Positions 47,610 through 60,203 of a stretch of 63,969 nt of DNA are shown here, piece by piece (the first letter of the stretch is position 1; every line of letters begins with the position of its first letter). This DNA comes from Chiloscyllium plagiosum (lineage: Eukaryota): assembly GCF_004010195.1 (NCBI RefSeq), contig NC_057738.1, positions 31,709,164 to 31,773,132 of the forward strand, in the 5' to 3' direction. Position numbers and translations under genes: made by a program. Below the pieces are notes generated by a model. The model was not told where the DNA came from and searched no databases. It saw nothing but the letters and a program-made list of their open reading frames with translations.

Positions 47610-47756
47610 GTGTGGATTAATTCCAATCTAACCAATACAACATACAGTAGCAACCAGGGCAACATGAATATATCCAGCACCATTCACAAGGCAGCATGCA
47701 TTTATAAAGCATCTTCAAAGTTTGAGGCATTTTGCAAGTACACTACTAATCATTTT

Positions 47757-47875
47757 TAAAAATCATACAACACCAAATAAACACAGGCTTATTTGGAAGC
47801 ACTAGTTTTCAGAGCACTGCTCCTTCATTTTTAACTTTGTACACCCCAGTCCAACACCAGCACCTCCAAATCATG
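47757..47875. mobile_element. Internally deleted PLE family B element
   Basis: TTAAAAATCATACAACACC...GGAAGCACTAG...TTTTTAACTTTGTACACCCCAGTCC; contains AATAAA at 47776-47781. Confidence 0.7.
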
Positions 47876-49389
47876 ACTATTAATTATAATTTAACATCAA
47901 ATCAAGTCAGCAAATATCAAGATAGGTTACCAAAGGCTTGATCAAAGAGGTGGGTTTTAAGAAGCATCTTAAAGTAGGAGTGAGGACAAGAAACCCAGAG
48001 GGGAATGGGAGGAAATTCTAGAGTTTACAATCAAGGCCAAGAGTGAATGGGGCTCCCAATGACAACACGAAGAGAGTGAAGAACACAAGCTGAATCCAGC
48101 CTTTTACGTGGGGTAGGTCCAATCAAACCCTGTAAGCTGTGAGAATGACTCATACTAACCATTCACAATTCAAGGTCATTCCATTCAAATCCTTTACAGT
48201 GAGACATGCAACCAAGTAAGCCCTTTCCAGAGTGAGATATACTCACGCTGACAGTTACCAAATTTGGAACAAAAACAGAATTTGCTGGAGAAACTCAGCA
48301 TGCCTGGCAACACCTGTAGAGAGGAAAAGAGAGTTAAGAGCAAACATTTTGAGTCCAGCGACCCTCATTCTGCTACAAATAATAAGTTTCACGTTTGGGA
48401 AAGCTTTTATTATGTCCAGGATTAACCCTAAGGTAGTAGCCTTTGCCATATGGACTGTAATGGTTCAAGAAGACAGCAATCCACCCATTCCTCAATGGTA
48501 ATTAGGGATGACCAACAAGGTTGGCCTTAAAGATGACACTCACAATCCATGAATGAGTTAAAAGTGTAACACTCTGGCCTCCAGTTGAGGTGATAAGGGT
48601 CCCAGCTCCATTCTAAAATCTTGAATGCATGATCTGGATTGATTCTTCACTGTAGTACTGAGGGAGCTGTCTGAATTATCATTATATATCATCAAGAGCA
48701 GGATTTTAAACACCTGGGACTCTGCTAATACCTGGTCTATACACTAAACCACATCCATTTGTAACAGCGGACTACTTACAAAAACTCAAACAATTCCATA
48801 TCCAACCAAGGTCTACCTTTCTCCATTCACAGGACTTAAACTTTGAGTCCTGTCAAACACCTCCTGAAAGATTAAACATAGTCAAGTTATCTTTATCCAT
48901 CAACTTAGTTACTTGCTTAGAAAATTAACTGGTTGGTGAGAAATGGTTTTGTTTACCAAATGCCATGTTGCGGTTCTTTAATAACATAACCAGAGTATCA
49001 TACCGTGCATCTCTAGTCGTCCCTTTGAACAATGTCCCAGTAACTGAGGTTAACCTACTGGGCTTCTGATTCTCTGGTTCTGATGTGCTGTCCTCTTTGA
49101 ATGTAGGTACTAGATTAGCTTTCCTCCCAATCCATCCATAAGAACATGATTAAGGGGTGTAACAATGCTGTGCTTGTTCTCCAAGCTAGATTTTGATGTT
49201 GTTTGCATATGTAATCATAAGCAAATGCTTGGTTAGATAAGTCAGGAAGCCTCCAATTCCACAGTGAGTAAATATACAGAACCACACCTAAACCACTTGT
49301 CTTCATTTGAGTATGATGCTCAAGTCACATCCAACCTTTTACGTGGGGTAGGTCCAATCAAACCCTGTAAACTGTGAGAATAACTCATA

Positions 49390-49695
49390 GTTAAGTTAAT
49401 GTGACTTAAAAGAAGCTCTGGGACTTACATATTAATGAGCTGAAACCTGCAACCCATTCTAAAAGGTGAAAGATGGAAGAGCAATCCAGGTTTGTTCAAT
49501 ATATCATTTCAGTTGTATGACACTGTAATCTTTTGCTATTCATTCTGTGTCTTATGGGCTTATGCTTCACAACCACCTGATGAAGGAGCAACACTCCAAA
49601 AGCTAGTGCTTCCAAATAAACTTATTGGATTATAACCTGGTGTTGTGTGATTTTTAACTTTGTCCACCCCAGTCCAACACTGGCTCCCCCACTTC
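49390..49695 (+). mobile_element. PLE family B 3' fragment with degenerate hammerhead
   Basis: CAC-CTGATGA-A-GGAG..CTCC-AAAAGCTA-GTG near 49574-49608, then arm and tail. Confidence 0.8.
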
Positions 49696-50839
49696 ATTTT
49701 AAACAGTCTTACACCTTGCATTTTTCCACCTAGCCTGACAGAAGCTTTTGGAGTTCATTGACTTTCACATCCTATAATCTGACACAGAGTTAGGGTCAGA
49801 ACTAACTGAGTCCACGAACAGCAGAATCCACCTTTGCAAACATCCCCACTGAATTCAAACAAATTAGATTTTTCACAACAGCATAAGATTACTTATTACT
49901 ATTAATTACTAAAAATTACTATTGTTCAATTATCTTTATTGTTTGTAGCACACTGGTTTAATAGGCCTTTTTGAATCTTAACCCATAATTATAAACCTTA
50001 TTATCCTGCAGGTTGAGGAGGTAGCATTTTAAAGGCTATGGTAATCTCACTTAGCACTGTTTTTACACATAGGTTCAAAGGGTGTCAGAATGGTTTCAAC
50101 CCCAAACTAGAGACTTTAGAAGATAATTTGAAGTGATGCTTTGGTACTATGCTTGAGCAGTGCTACATTGTTATCTCATTGCTCATATTAAAATGCACTT
50201 TATGTCATTAAACTGCAGATTAATCTACTCTTGTCACTTTACTTAGATGCTATATCATTCAGCGATATTTTCTGAACTATACAACATTTTGTTAACCATT
50301 TATTGTCTCATTAATTGTTCATTATCTGAACAACTGTACAGTTTCATGTTAATTTGTTGGTAAAAGACGTTATTAATTATCATAAACTCTTAAATTGTTA
50401 GCTAACTCATTGCATATTATCTCATGATATTTGATTGAGCCAATCATTATTGTACTAACTGTATTTTTCATTCAGCTGTATATTGTCTCATTAAAATTCC
50501 TATTTGTGTTCTAATTATTTTCATTATTCAACAATGCACTATACCATTAACTTATCACTATCTCAGTTATCAGATAGCCCATCAAGCTGGACATTATCTG
50601 AACAGTTGTGTGTTTTCTCAACTTCATCAAATTGTTCCTTATCTTATACATCAACACATCATAACATTACTTCTTATGTGTTGAATTACTTTTACATTAT
50701 CTCATCAACAGCAACAATAATAATGATAAATATACCTTGACACAAAATCATAGCATAAGAAAATATCCCTTGGTGCTTCATAAGAAGGTAATGAATTTAA
50801 GCTTGGCACCAAGTCAACAAAGAAGACAGCATGAAGATT

Positions 50840-52500
50840 ACTGTGACTGCTTCACCCTTATCTTTTGTACTGATGTGCTGTGCTCCCCCATCACTGATCT
50901 GTGCTCTATCTCCACATTCTCCAGCAGACTGCTCCCCACCACCTCTGGAAGGTTATTTGTCTCTGCCTCCACTTCCACCTCCATCTATCTGCTGTTGAAG
51001 TCCTCTCACAGGTTTTTAGATCATCAAGGGTGGATGATCCATCTTGGCTCTTCCACTGGGACCCTGCATCACAGATACAAGCTTTCAGCTAAATAGATTC
51101 ACTCTACGTGATATCAAGAAATGGTTAGAGGCGCTGGATAGTGCAAGGTCTATGGATTCTGACAATATTCTTGCAATAATGCTGAAGACTTATGTTCCAG
51201 AACTTGTGGCACCCATAGCTGTCTGTTTCAGTACAATACACAACACTGGCATCTACCCGATAATGTAGAAAATTACCTAGCTATGTCCTCTACACAAAAA
51301 GGATAAATCCAATCTAATTACCTCCCATTAGTCTACTCTCAATCATCAGGAAAGTTATGAGAGGTGTCATCAATAATGCATTCAAGCAGCACCTGCTCAG
51401 CAATAACCTGCTCAGTGATGCCCAGTTTGGGTTCTGGCAGGGCCACTCAGCTCCTGACCTCATTACAGCCTTGGTTCAAATATGGGCAAAAGAGCAGAAT
51501 TCCAGAGTTGAGGTGAGAGTGACAGCCCTTGACATCAGAGGAAAACATGGGAAGATAGTTGTGGTTATGGAGGTCAGGGTCTTGATCATCTCTGCAGGAA
51601 TTCATCAGGGTAATGTCCTAGGCCCAACCTACTTCATAAATGTCCTTTCCTCTAACATGAGGTCAGAAAGTCGGGGTGTCTGTCAATGATTGCACAATAT
51701 TCAGCATCACTTGAGACTCTTCAGATACTGAAGCAGTCCATGTTCAAACGTAACAAGACTTGGACGATATCCAGATTTGGGCTGATAAGTGACATATTAC
51801 ACTCATGCCACACAAAGGCCAGGCAATGGCCATCTCCAATCGGAGGCAATCAAATCAATGCCCCTTGATATTTAATGGTGTTATTACTTTATCCCCTGCT
51901 TCAACATCCTAGGTCTTACCATTGACAATACATTGAACTAAGCTCATCACATAAACACAGTGGCTTCAAGAGCAGATCTGGGGGTAGGAATCTTGCAGCG
52001 AGTTACTACTGAATCCTGTCCATCATTTACTAGGTACACGTCAGGAGTGTAATGGCATGCTCCAATTTGCTGGGATGAATGCAGCTCCAACAACATTTAA
52101 GAAGCCTGGCACCATCCAGGACATAGCAGCACGCCTGACCAGAAGCACATCCACAATCATCCACTCCCTCCATCACTGAAGTTTATTCACTATATTGCAC
52201 GAGATGCACTGCAGAAATTCACCAAAGATCCTTAGACAACACCTTCTAATCCAAAACCACTACCACCTAGAAGGGCGAGGTCAGGATAAAAATGGGAATA
52301 CCACTGCAATTTCTCCTCCAAGCTACTCATCATTCTGACTTGGAAATGCATCAGTGTTCCTTCATTGTCTCTGGATCAAAATCCCGGAACATACTCCCTA
52401 ACGGCCTTGTGGGTCTACATATAGCATGTGGACTGCAGTGGTTCGACCAGGCAGCTCACCCAACCAGGGCCTGGCAATAAATGCTGTCGCAGGCAGCAAC
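50840..52500 (+). mobile_element. CR1-clade LINE fragment (second subfamily)
   Basis: LLSDAQFGFWQGHSAPDL, VTALDI, GIHQGNVLGP; 3' end GGCAATAAATGCTG. Confidence 0.8.
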
Positions 52501-53189
52501 ACCAATATACATTTTAAAAAAGACTTCTTCATTTGACACAAACGAAAGAGGAATGACATAGAATGCAGTGATGACGTTGTTCAGAATGACTCATATCTGA
52601 ACAAGCTGACAACTAACTGCCTTTGAAATGCATTCTTTCAGTTCTGGAGAACTCTCGATAGATCATAACCCTTGCAGATGAGGGAACCGATCAGCTCATA
52701 CTTGTTTATCTATCAACATTCTGTACTAAGAAGAATCTTCTGAGGTCAGTCTTTAAATTTACCATTTATTGGTTCTAACTTGATGATCGTTGTCTCCTCC
52801 CTGTTACCTGCCAGATTAGTCTGTTCACAGCACATTCTGTTGCAGTCTCTATCCAGATGATTCCAGAGACGGCTATTTCAAGCTGAAATTAGCCCACCCC
52901 AAACCCCACCCCTTCCCAACCCTACTCTTGAGCGTCGTTTAAATGGTGTGTGGCTGTGTGAATGATTGACTGTTTGAAACTGGTTTAGATCAAAACAATA
53001 TGTCAGGATTTTTATCTGCAAAAGTCGAGAGAGAGAGCTGGCAACAGAGTGAAGTGTTGCGCAGAGAAAGATTCAAGTATAGAGGAGGAACACCAATTAT
53101 GGAGGGGAAATACAGGTACTGAGGAGAAATACAGGTACAGAGCAGGATACAGACAGAGATACAAGAGTGGGAGAAGGTACAAGTCCTAA

Positions 53190-53420
53190 GGAAGATAAAG
53201 GCATACAGGAAGATACAGCCACGCAGAAAGATACAGGCATGCAGGAAGGTACAGGCATGCAGGAAGATACAGGCATGCAGGAAGATACAGGCATGCAGGA
53301 AGGTACAGGTATGCAGGAAGATACAGGCATGCAGGAAGATACAGGCATGCAGGAAGGTACAGGTATGCAGGAAGATACAGGTATGCAGGAAGATACAGGT
53401 GTAGAAGGGGATACAGATAG
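53190..53420 (+). repeat. 18-bp minisatellite (about 10 copies) in a degenerate purine-rich array (~53080-53600)
   Basis: Unit G(A/G)TACAGG(C/T)ATGCAGGAA. Confidence 0.95.
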
Positions 53421-55194
53421 AGGAAGAATACATGTACAGAGGAGAAATATAAGTACACAGGAGGGCACAGGCACCGAGGGAAATATAGGGGCAGGGCAGG
53501 ATGCATGGATGGAGGAGGATATAGCGACATAAAAGGATACAGATACAGAGGGAGATACAGCTACAAAAGGTTTAACAGGTCCTGAAAGGAATATAAGTGC
53601 AGAAGGGAAAAAGGCATATGGCAAATTAAGGTAAGATTAGAAATTAAATTATGTATTCTTCCTTTAACACTTATTATCTGATAGACTAAGGAGCTACTGA
53701 GCTGGAAGTTAAAATTCATGAATAAAATACAAGGACATAAATATAACTTTATACTAACATTAAGCGATGAGAGTCCTTTCGACTAATTGAATAAAAACTA
53801 TATTAATAAAATCAAACACAGTTAAATCCAACTTAACATACGCCTTGGCATTTTGGGCAAGCTTTCTGGCTGTCAACTCAGTAATTTGTGATGTTTGCCT
53901 CTCAGCCTCTTTTTGTCATCCGACTCACCAAAGTGCTGTCAGAGTCCTCAGCACTAGAGGGAGTGCATGGCACCAGTCTGAATTCAGCTAGCACCTATGT
54001 CTGTTCTTTGTCCTCTGATGTGGTTCTTTTGGCATTTTTCCATATTGGGACTGGGTTAGAAGGACTGTTGTCCTGAACTTTCTATATCTCTATTTTCTAC
54101 TTTGTTCCTACGATCTGTGATGTTGGACTTTTTATTTCTTTATTTTTCTGATTTTGTTCCCAAAGAACTTGCACTGAAGATTCTGTACCTAGATACCTTT
54201 TGCCCAAGATAGTGCCATATGTGACGACTTGTAAACTTTTCACTCTACTCATTTGAGTACTTGTGACAATAAAGCAAATCCTAATTCTAATAGGAGGAAC
54301 CCCCGTCTATCCAGGTGTCTAAATCAGCACAATCTCCGTCTCTGCACTCTCTGGCACTGTTCTAGTAACCTTGATGTTCAAGGTGGAGACAAGGAGGTAC
54401 ATACCTGATCTTAAAACAGCAGGAGGTTCTTCAGACATACTATGGGAATCAGTGGTTGGGCACTTTGCTCTTGCTCCAGACCCCCTGCACAATCTCTGTT
54501 TCTGAGCTGTCGTCTGCAAAATGCAGCTTCACTATCAGTCTGTTCTTCTTCTGGCAATCTCCCCCATCCTTCCCCTGATTGCGGTCTTTAAGTGACCATG
54601 AATTGAATGCACAAAGGGCCACTTCCCACCCTGCTTCATTTTGGAGGAGGTCAGGGGCAGTGCGTCTGACTCCTTTCCAGAAAGTAAGGGTGTGTACCCG
54701 CCATCAGCACTCCCACGGCCCTCCTTACCCACCAGCCAGAGCTTTTTAATCTAACTCTGGCAAATGGCCTCCAGAATGTTGTTGGATGGGGGCTCCAGAC
54801 GCTTGTAGTCTCAGAAGTGGCCACTACTCAACGTCGTGTTACTAGGACTCCAGAAGAACAACTGCCTGATCTGATGGGCCAGCAGCTCTCTGAGTTGGGC
54901 TTTCTGCCCTAGTAGGGGGTGGATCTCAATCGAGTCAGTCAACTCTCCTCTAAATATGCCCCATTCTCTCTTTCGATGGCCATCCATTAAAGTCTAAGCA
55001 AAACCCACATCATTGAGCTCCTCCACACTTCAACCCACAATGAGGGGAGATAATCCAGTGAGGGAGATACCACTCCCTATCACAGCCAAGGCCTGAATAG
55101 GCTTCCCTCAGAATTGAAGCCAGGTGTGAAGTGGCCTTTAAGCAATCAATTAATGACCTCAACTGGGGCAAGAGTTTGTAGGCTGTCAGTAGAA

Positions 55195-55362
55195 CAAAGA
55201 GTCAAAAAGTGTGGTGCTGGAAAAGCACAGCTGGTCAGGCAGCTTCCGAGGAGCAGGAGAGTCGATGTTTCAAGCATAAGCTCTTCATCAGGGATGAATG
55301 CCTTTCCCAGAGCTACACTTTTTGACTCTGATCTCCAACATATTCAGTCCTCACTTTTTCCT
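55195..55362. mobile_element. PLE family A fold-back element
   Basis: Arms AGAGTCAAAAAGTGT / ACACTTTTTGACTCT; minus-strand CTGATGA-A-GAGC(TTAT)GCTT-GAAACATC. Confidence 0.75.
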
Positions 55363-55955
55363 ACTAGAATAAAGAGTCAATGATGAAGGTTAATTCACAG
55401 CCATCAGCGCAGAGCCCATGTATTTACAGTTCTGGATAAAAGACCTGTACAATGATAAATTCTAACAAAATCCATTTTCAAAGTTTATACATGAATAATG
55501 TCCAGCCAGTCAAGGTACTGGAGAACAATTAAGGCATTAACTTTCTCAGGAGAGGAACTTCTTATTGGAGAAAATTGATAAGTGCAAAATAATTATCATG
55601 ATGTAATAACTAAAGCATTAAAGCAACCATCCTAAACTTTAATGTTTGAAGAGTGTTAAAAGTCTAGCTTTGGTCTGTAAATATTTTTGAATTTTCAGCT
55701 GGAAATTGCACCAAGCAGCCTGACAGTTACACTCAGCAGAAATATTCAAACCCACTGCCACTTTCATCTTACCAATAAACAAATCTGAGAAAGCTCTTTC
55801 TATTTTTCACATTAGAATCTTTTCATCTGTTTTAGCAAATCTTTCATCTACATTTTATGATAATGTGTTGAATCATATTCTGCAATAGTTACATTTATCT
55901 ACGATCATCTGTACAAGAGCCTCCTCCCTTCCTGCAGATAAAGGATGTACTTCAA

Positions 55956-57040
55956 CTAGAGTCATAGAGTCATGGAGATGTGCAGCATGGAAACAGACCC
56001 TTCGGTCCAACCCGTCCATGCCGACCAGATATCCCAACCCAATCTAGTCACACCTATTGTCTATTGTCACCTGCCAGCACTTGGCCCATACCCCTCCAAA
56101 CCCTTCCTATTCATGTACTCACCCAGAGGCCTTTTAAATGTTGTAATTGTACCAGCCTCCACCACTTCCTCTGGTAGCTCATTCCATACACGTACCACCC
56201 TCTGTGTGAAAACATTGCCCCTTGGGTCTCTTTTATATCTTTCCCCTCTCACCCTAAACCTATGCCCTCTAGTTCTGGACTCCCCGACCCCAGGGAAAAG
56301 ACTTTGTCTGTTTATCCTATCCATGCCCCTCATGATTTTGTAAACCTCTATAAGGTCACTCCTTAGCCTCTGACGCTCCAGGGAAAACAGACCCAGCCTG
56401 TTAGGCCTCTCCCTATAGCTCAAATCCTCCAACCCTGGCAACATCCTTGTAAATCTTTTCTGAACCCTTTCAAGTTTCACAACATCTTTCTGATAGGAAG
56501 GAGACCAGAATTGCACACAATATTTCAACAGTGGCCTAGTCAATGTCCTGTACAGCCGCAACATGACCTCCCAATTCCTGTGACCAATAAAGGAAAGCAT
56601 ACCAAACGCCGCCTTCACTATCCTTTCTACCTGCGACTCCACTTTCAAGGAGCTATGAACCTGCACTCCAAGGTCTCTTTGTTCAGCAACACTCCCTAGG
56701 ACCTTACCATTAAGCGGAAAGTCCTGCTAAGGTTTGCTTTCCCAAAATGCAGCACCTTGCATTTATCTGAATTAAACTCCATCTGCCACTTCTCAGCCCA
56801 TTGGCCCATCTGGTCCAGATCCTGTTGTAATCTGAGGTAACCCTCTTCGCTGTCCACTACACCTCCAATTTTGGTGTCATTGCAAACTTACTAACTGTAC
56901 CTCTTATGCTCACATCCAAATCATTGATGTAAATGACAAAATGTACTGGACCCAGCATTGGTCCTTGTGGCAGTCCACTGGTCACAGGCCTCCAGTCTGA
57001 AAAACAATCCTCCACCACCACCCTCTGTCTTCTACCTTTG
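55956..57040 (-). mobile_element. CR1/HER1 LINE 3' end (relatively young)
   Basis: 199-aa ORF remnant ERVQKRFTRMLPGLEDLSY...VWNELPEEVVEAG; [11 protein letters not shown]; (ATAGAGTC)n-like tail. Confidence 0.92.
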
Positions 57041-57139
57041 AGGGATTCTGGGTAATCCAAGATGTAGGACAGGAAAAATTTCTGGCTGTAACAGCTGCTC
57101 CTTTTTTGAGGTATTTAGGTGTAACTAACTGAAAAAATT

Positions 57140-57830
57140 AGGAAAAGATTGATAAGTGCAGAGCTGTAGACACTATTAACTTGGACTTTCATAAAGCCTT
57201 CTATAATGTTCCACATGGTGGACCTATTAGTATAGTTTGGTCACATGGGATTCAGGGTGAGCTTGCGAGTTGGATGCATAATTGGCTTAATGGCAGGAGA
57301 CAGAGAGTGGTGGTGGAAGGTTGTTTTTCTGACTGGAGGCCTGTCACCAGTGTTCCACAGGGAATGGTTCTGGGTCCACTTTTGTTTTCCATTTACATAA
57401 AAGATTTGGATGCGAATATTGAAGGTTAGTAAGTTTGTGAGCGACACCAAAATTGGTGGCATAGTAGACAGTATAGAAGGTTTTCTAAGATTACAAAGGG
57501 ATCTTGATCAAATGGGTCAATGGGCTAAAAAATGGCTGATGGAGTTCAACCTGAATAAATGTGAGATATTGCATTTTGGTACAACAAACAAGGGTAGGGC
57601 TTATACAATTAATGATATGGCCTTGGTTATTGTTGTAGAACAGAGGGACCCAGGTGCTCAAATACATAATTCTTTGAAACTTGTATCATATATAGGCAAG
57701 GTGCTTAGCACACTTATTTTCATTTCTCAGTCCTTTGAGCATAGGCAATGGGAAGCCATGTTGTACAGGACATTAGTGAGGTCTCTTCTGGAATACTGTG
57801 TTGAGTTCAGGTCTCACAGTTATAGGGAAA
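57140..57830 (+). mobile_element. CR1 RT fragment
   Basis: [35 protein letters not shown]. Confidence 0.85.
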
Positions 57831-59265
57831 ACATTTGCCACTCTCCAATCACCTGGTACTAATCTAATGGACAGTGATGATGCAAAAATCATCATTAAAT
57901 GGTCAGCAATCTCTTCCTTCACTTCCCATAGAAATCTAGGATATATCTCATTTGGCCCAGACAATGTATCTATCATCACGTTTTTCAAAATTTCCAGCTC
58001 CTTCTTAACATCAACCTGTTCAATCACATCAGTCTGTTTCATGCTGTCCTCACAAACGACAAGGTCCCTCTCACCAGTGAATACCGATGCAAAGTATCCA
58101 TTAAGGACCTCCCCTACCTTCCCCAATTAAATACTTTCCCATACCATCTGCTCGTATCCTTCTCTGTGTATATAGTAAAGATCAGGGAGTTGTGATCACT
58201 ATCACCGAAATGCTGCCCCCTGAGATCTAACACCTGACCTGGTTCGTTGCCAAGCACCAAATCAAATATGGCCTCCGGTCTAGTTGACCAATCGACATAT
58301 TGAGTCAGGAATCCTTCGTGGACACACCTGACAAAATCTGCTCCATCCAAACTATTTTAACTAAGGAGGTTCAAATCAATGTTAAGTAAGTTAAAGTCAC
58401 CCATGACAACAACCCTGTTACTTCTACATCTTTCCAAAACTTGCCTCCCAATCTGCTCCTCTGTGTTTCAGTGCTGTTGGGGGGTCTGTAGAAAACTCCC
58501 AATAAAGTGACTGCTCCTTTCCTGTTTCTGACTTCTACCCATGCTAACACAGCAGATAAACCCTCCTCGATGACCTTCCTTTCTGCAGCTGTTACATTAT
58601 CCCTGATTAGCAATGCCACTCCTGCACCTCTTTTTACCTCCCTCGTCTTTCCTTTTGAAACATCTAAATCCTTGAACATCCAATAACTCTTCCAGCCCCT
58701 GTAACATCCAAGTCTCTGTAATGGCCACAACATCGTAGCTTCAAGTACTGATCCATGCTCTAAGTTCATTGCCTTTATCCCTGACACTTTTTGCATTAAA
58801 ATAGACACACTTCAACCTTTCACACTGACTGCAACTTTGCTCTATCAAGTGACTAGCCCTCCTCACAGACTCTTGCACGCTACATTTGCCTGTTCACCAG
58901 CTATCCCATCCTCTGATCCGTAGCTCCATTTCCCGACCCCCTACCAGTCTAGTTTAAACCCTCCCGAAGTACTCTAGCAAACCTCCCGTCCAGGATATTG
59001 ATGACCCTCCAGCTCAGGTGCAACCCGTCCTCCTTGTACAGAACCCACCTTTTCCAGAAGGTATCTCAATGATTCACAAATATGAAGCTCTCCCTCCTCA
59101 CCAATCCTACAATCACGTGTTCAGCTGCACTTGTTTTCTGTTCCTGGCCTCACTAGCCCGTGGCACCAGTAGCAATCCTGAGATTATAACTCTGCTCTTC
59201 CTGTTTTTTAGCTTCCAACCTAATTCCCTATATTCACTGTTCAAGTCCTCATCTCTTTTCCTAAT
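57831..59265 (-). mobile_element. CR1 fragment (ORF1 esterase end, endonuclease, start of RT)
   Basis: Minus strand DGLHL (~59030), GAGVALLIR, GVFYRPPNS, DLVLGNEPGQV, GDSDHN, PGDWRVANV. Confidence 0.85.
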
Positions 59266-60118
59266 GCATGAAGCTCACACAGAGAGCCATGGCAGACACA
59301 ATGGGCCCAATGTCCTCTTTCTGTACCATAACAGTTCTGTGATCAGAGCTGCTGTTGTGGTGTCTGACAGACTTGGTGCATGCTCACTTACACGTTTGGC
59401 TTTTCATCAATGTGTAAGTTCAGGTGCAATTCGTACTGGAGTCACTGTGTGCCTCCCATTCAAAAGCGGGTGGCTGCCTTTAAGAAACAGAGTCCAAGAC
59501 ATTCCCCCTCCTGGTCTGTACAGCCACTGAACAGGGCATCCATCATGCACAACAGCAGGCAGTTCAAATGCAAGCTGCCCACTGTGACTCAATGAATAGG
59601 TCTGGCTTAATCACACATCACAACCGGGAGTTATGTCACTTCACTCTCTTCTCCCCAAACACCAAGTTTTATATCCAGCACTTTCTGACACAAAACCCAA
59701 TGTTCTATGGATTATTGACTTTGTTCAGTTATTGTGCAAAACCTTCAACTTCTGCACTAGTGTAAAACCACCTCTTACAGATCGTTGCCAACCAAACACT
59801 CATTACAGATGTCTTTCCATCAAAGTCAATACTGGGTGTGTATAGATTGGCTCTTGCTGAGGAGAGGAAATGTGACAAAATGTAAAAGGTACTTCAGTGA
59901 ATGCCAATCTTCCAGTTAGACCACAATTAATGGGCACAGCTTTCACTTCTGCTTTCCCAGAACATTCAGTCGGAGGAGAACAGAGGGGTTTGCCCTGCAT
60001 TAGTGCAACCCCTGCACCTCTTCAAGCTAACAACAAGACAAGGCCCTATGATGAATTAACCTTTAACTTTATTCTTGGTTGTGTTGCTTTAAAATAAAGT
60101 GTGTTACATATAAATCTT

Positions 60119-60137
60119 TATTTTTTTTTCTCCATAG
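60119..60137 (+). other. Splice acceptor of the XCR1-like B coding exon
   Basis: TTTTTTTTTCTCCATAG|TTT, 66 nt upstream of the ATG; in-frame TAA lies between acceptor and ATG. Confidence 0.75.
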
Positions 60138-60203
60138 TTTATTGTGCCAACCACTGCACCACACCCAGAATTTCCTCTGTGTTAAGATCACAGAACAGAC
60201 ACC

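Noticed and set aside
52990-53624. Repetitive ORFs (TGMQED, FLHACI, SSCMPV)
   Set aside because: Translations of an 18-bp minisatellite on both strands; no splice or promoter support
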